DNA of 64,000 nt from the human T2T-CHM13v2.0 reference genome, Homo sapiens. Of this stretch, positions 59,320 to 64,000 are shown piece by piece. Location: assembly GCF_009914755.1 (NCBI RefSeq), contig NC_060938.1. One strand, 5' to 3'. A model generated the notes under the pieces. That model was not told the origin of the DNA, made no database searches, and was given only the letters and a program-made list of their open reading frames with translations. Each line of letters opens with the position of its first letter. The first letter of the stretch is position 1. A program made the translations under genes and the position numbers.

Positions 59320-60011
59320 TGATATGGTTTGGCTTTCTGTCCTCATGCAAATCTCATGTTGAATTGTGATCCCCAGTGTTGGAGGTGAGGCCTGGTGGGA
59401 GGTGACTGGATCATCAGGGTGGTTTTTAAAGGTTTAGCACCATCTACCTAGTGCAGTCTCATGATAGAGTTCTCACGAGATCTTGTTTGAAAGTGTGCAG
59501 CACATCCTCCTTCACTCTCTCTTCCTCCTGCCAGCCATGTGAAGATGTGCCCTCTTCCCCTGTGCCTTCTGCCATGATTGTAAGTTTCCTCAGGCCTACC
59601 CAGAAACAGAAGCCTATATAGCCTTCAATTAAACTTCTTTTCTTTATAAATTACCTAGTCTCGGCCGGGCGCTGTGGCTCACGCCTGTAATCCCAGCACT
59701 TTGGGAGGCCGAGGCGGGCGGATCATAAGGTCAGGAGATCAAGACCATCCTGGCTAACACAGTGAAACCCCGTCTCTACTAAAAATACAAAAAATTAGCC
59801 AGGCGAGGTGGCGGGCGCCTGTAGTCCCAGCTACTCGGGAGGCTGAGGCAGGAGAATGGCGTGAACCCCGGGGGGCGGAGTGTGCAGTGAGCCGAGATCG
59901 CGCCACTGCACTCCAGCCTGGGCGACAGCGAGACTCCATCTCAAAAAAAAAAAAAAAAATTACCTAGTCTCAGGTATGTCTTTAGAGCCAGCATAAGAAT
60001 GGACTAATACA
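59320..60011 (+). mobile_element. MSTA-type MaLR solo LTR with AluY insertion
   Basis: TGATATGGTTTGG...GGACTAATACA; perfect 5-bp TSD GATGC. Confidence 0.92.
59663..59956 (+). mobile_element. AluY (AluYe-like)
   Basis: CpG-rich; GGCGAGGTGGCG and GAACCCCGGGGGGCGGAG variants; perfect 15-bp TSD AAATTACCTAGTCTC. Confidence 0.93.
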
Positions 60012-62614
60012 GATGCAGACACACACATCTCCATATTGTACACATCCTCCAAGTCTGTGAAATGACTCACACTCTTTCCCAGCAGATCCACACACAGTGA
60101 GCCTGCCACAGTTTTCCTCCTTACATTCTGGCCACCCTGCTGTGCACTGACCTCCAACTACACACAGACTTGGCGTCTGCAGCCAAGTCAGCACTGAAAG
60201 ATAATTTATTTTTACATACAAGGGGCAAACGTTCATCCATATCCATCACACCTTTCCAAAACATCAGGCTTTTCTTTCTCCCATACAGACTTCCAAAAAT
60301 CTTTATCTGGACATGGTATTGATTTTAACCCTGGATCCATAAAGACTAGAAACACTTCAAAATCTTCTCATTTTTCTCCCTAGAAGCCTTTAAATAAATC
60401 TCTACACACTGAGAATTCGATTTGTTTGGTTTCTTTAAACCTCATCACACGAAAAAGCCAAAGACCACTTTAAATAAGATTTCACAAATGTGTTATTCTT
60501 TTTATTTGGGGTTTAATGTGAATTCTCATTTAAATTTTAACCTTTATATCTAAAGGAATGCATTATCATTTTCTTCCCTTTGAATTTAGGACTTTCAAAT
60601 GCGTTACATGGCTACAATAATCTCTGTTTAGTCACCAGCTCCCTAACTATTTTTAGCTTTTGCAGTTTTGACGTTCCTCACCCAGCTCATTTTTTGAAAC
60701 AATTTTGTTTTGCTTTTATCTATGATACAGTAACAGTTGGAATCCTAAAAAGCAATATTCCAGGTGGGTCCTGAGTGCCTTGTCATTTATATAGTATATT
60801 TTTCCTCTGGCCAATAAATTTTATGATGAATTTAAATTGGAAAATTTTAGCAAGTTGAGCTACAAAAAGGACAAATTGTTATAATTGGAGGATTTTCACA
60901 ATTTCTTTTGAGTTTTCTAGCTCCCTTTTCATACCCTCAACCAAAAAGTGACTGGATCTGAAAATCGTGTGAAATTCTCCCAGTTAAATCATTAGACATT
61001 CAGCAACAGTAATAAAAAAATAACAACTTTTAAAAAATAAATGGCTTATAGCATTGACTGATTCTACTGAATATGTACAACTGACAGTAAAACAATTTTA
61101 CTCTCCTTTATTGATGAATTACAATGTTGTCACTTTTTATTTTGCTATGTTAACTTGAATTTTCAAAGAAGTAGAAGTTTTCCTTTGGTAAAATATTTTA
61201 TTTCCAGATTTTTAGTTCTATCTTATCAATATGTGCCTCCTTTTGTCATTTTGAGAGCGTTTTCCCTTTTAACAACATATGCATATTAAGATCTAGAACA
61301 CTAACATCTTAATAAATTAATATCTAGAACACAAATACTGACATGGATCACAGAAATGACCTTCAGCCCCTACCTCACAGTACCCAGAATGGTTTGCATT
61401 TTTACATTTGGCATATGAACAGCTTTCTGCCCACACAGCAATAATCATATCCGTGCAATTTTGAATTTGGAATATGTTCATGAGATGTTATTGCCAGCAC
61501 TTTCCCAGGCTCACATCACAGTAAAACTACAGTCTATTGATCCAAAACGTTCAAAATTTTATTAAACAATTTAAAAAATGAATGAAGCTTATCAATGGAA
61601 AATTGTTTTCTGCACTTATTCAGATATTCATACAATTCAATGTAATCTGTTGAAATAAGTTCAGAAAATATTTATTAAATGCCAGGAATTTAGTGATGAA
61701 AACACAGTTCATACTACCTACCAAAGCCTTTATAGTATCTCTTCTACCATTAGGATGATCCTCACTCTTTTGGAAGATTTCAGGTTGTTAAACATACAAC
61801 TCATTTGACACATCTGTGTATGCAACTATTGAAACAGGACATCTGGTGGCAATCTTTGTTTTATATCACTTCCAACAATATAAAATAATGAAAGCATCTC
61901 AATATTTCTTTTAAATCCAGATCTGTGAGATATGGAAATTAATTGTTTTATAAAAGTTCATTTTCCTCCATGAGTTTTCATGTTCTCAGCCATAAGATGA
62001 AGGGATTGGACAAGATGATGTCTAAGGCCTTTTCCAATTTTAGGGCACATAGATTCTATTCTGCCACTGGTGAGAAAGAGCATTATTTAGTCTAAACAGA
62101 AGGTTCTCTGACATATATTGTTACAATATCTGAAATACCAAATGAATTTGGGGACTCTAGGGTTTGAAGGCCATAGCAAGCTCTTTGGGATGGCCTATAA
62201 CATTTGTGATCAAGTTCTGCTGAGGCTGATACTTGGTCTAGGAAATCAGTCCTTTTCCACTCAGGAATGTACAAAGTGGCACCATGGTTGGTCTGCTACT
62301 TAGAACCTTGCTTGGTCTTGCCCTCTTGGATCAGATGAACATAAGTGGCATCTGAACTGATGGTCACCCCTTCCCTCTGCCTCAAACTCCTCCCTTAAGA
62401 AAGGTTAAGAATCTCCATGAAGACTTCCATGTCCTTTCCAGGTAGGAATCCCTTTTTCTCTGGCTACTATTCTAACTTAAATGCACCTATTGTTACACCA
62501 TAATTATTCAAGTATCTTTTCTTATTTTAAACCATGAACATCTTCAGGGCAAGGATCACGTCTTGTTTATCTTTGTATCTAACACAAGTGCCTTCCACAA
62601 GAAGAAATTCAAAT

Positions 62615-62855
62615 AACAGTAATAGTCCACATTTACAGAGTGTTTATTAAGTGGCAGCTACTGTATACACATCAACTTTTATCCCTTACACCCATCCTAT
62701 GAAGCACTTACTATTATTATCATCACCATTTTACAGATGAAGCAACAATCATAAAGTTAAGTAACCTGTCCAAGGTTACACTCAGTAGACAGTGGCAGAG
62801 CGAGAGTATGAACCCAAAGAGTCTGGTAACCGAGTCTGTACTATTAACTATTACA
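62615..62855 (-). mobile_element. MIR SINE
   Basis: CCATTTTACAGATGAAGCAAC...GTTAAGTAACCTGTCCAAGGTTACAC. Confidence 0.85.
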
Positions 62856-63489
62856 TGGTAGTTAATTATTGCATGATACCACCTTTCATTATGTTACTGT
62901 CATATACTGTCACACAAATTATTCTCCCCTTCGTCTGAGACAAGGAATTTCTTCCTAACCTGGGCCTCCAGATGATATCTTAAGTTATATAAAGGAGAAT
63001 TGGGTTTTTTTAAATACAGTGTTAATTCCATTTGGGAAAGGTTAACCGAAACAAACAAACAAACAACAACAAAACCATGAGAAACAGACTTTTGAGTGTT
63101 TACTGCCAAGAGAAAAATGCCCACAAAGGCACACCTGCAGGCAACTTCTTCTATAATGGAAGTTTTCACAGAGTTGACAAGGATAAACAGGGTCTGGTGA
63201 CAATGTCAGCATCTGAGGTGCCTTAGCTAGTCTGGAATGGCCAGATGAGGGCATGGGTGGAGTCAGTACAGTCCGCACTAGAGGGGTATCAACCAACAAT
63301 TCCAGATCCAAACCTGGAAACAACTAACAAGCTCCACTCCAGCAGAGGGCTGAGTAGTGGCACAAACAAAAGTGTGTTTCACTAAGGAGCTAAGGCAGCA
63401 AGCTAACAAGAATAAAGGTCTTTTCTTATTTTTAAGAAGAATTATAAAGACTGAGATAAGAGAAATATTTCATTTCCCCCTTAACTCTG

Positions 63490-63823
63490 TGCTATGGAAT
63501 AAATGTAACAAATTCATGTTAAAATCCTAGCCCCTTTAAAAAAAAAATCCTAGCCCCCAGTGTGACGGTATTAGGAGGTAGGGCCTTGGGCAGGTAATTT
63601 AGGTAATGCAGGGTCCTGATGAATGGCATTAGTGTCCTCAGAAAAGAGAACACAAAGAAGGCTCTAGTCCTCCCTCCAGAGGAGTGCCCACACCAGAATC
63701 CGATCATGCTGACACTGTGATCTCAGATTTACAGCCTCCAGAACTGTAAGAAATAAATTTCTATTATTTATAAGCCATCCAGTCTATGGTATTTTATTAT
63801 AGCAGAATGAAATGACTAAGGCA
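63490..63823 (+). mobile_element. MLT1A-type MaLR solo LTR
   Basis: TGCTATGG...CAGCCTCCAGAACTGTAAGAAATAAATTTC...GACTAAGGCA; near-TSD CTCTG/CTCTA. Confidence 0.88.
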
Positions 63824-63833
63824 CTCTACTCTC

Positions 63834-63834
<1 letters not shown>

Positions 63835-63882
<48 letters not shown>
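63835..63882. repeat. (AAT)16 microsatellite
   Basis: Perfect trinucleotide run. Confidence 0.98.
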
Positions 63883-63884
<2 letters not shown>

Positions 63885-64000
63885 TGTAACCCAAGAGAAG
63901 TAGGGCATGGTGGAAACTGTAAAGAATTAAAAGGAGAAGTTGAAACACTCATCCAGGAATTGGTTGCCAAATGTTTCAATTTTTCATGGGAAGTAAAAAA

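Overview
AT-rich primate genomic DNA, most likely human or great ape (it contains AluJ/S/Y, an AluYe-like copy, L1PA3, MaLR LTRs and Tigger/MER elements). Much of the window is recognisable interspersed repeat, often nested with readable target-site duplications (TSDs). Most ORF-track entries come from repeats (Alu, L1 ORF2, Tigger1 transposase, microsatellite) or are chance ORFs, and I recognise no complete cellular gene. My best reading of the unique sequence is the 3' end of a minus-strand gene: a short candidate terminal coding exon at ~16440, a proximal poly(A) signal near 16060, 3'UTR-like sequence with distal signals at ~9385 and ~8865, and probably a large last intron upstream. I cannot name the gene, and this model is inference. 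I found no evidence of a new multi-gene system. The most notable local observations are an inverted Alu pair sharing private mutations, a (UG)n-flanked cryptic-exon-like unit with a hairpin over its donor, an in-frame Tigger1-transposase/L1-ORF2 chimeric ORF, a poly(A)-only retrotransposition scar and a 291-bp pure-purine Alu tail. Repeat subfamily names are from remembered consensus sequences, and boundaries of old repeats (L2, MIR, L1M) are approximate.
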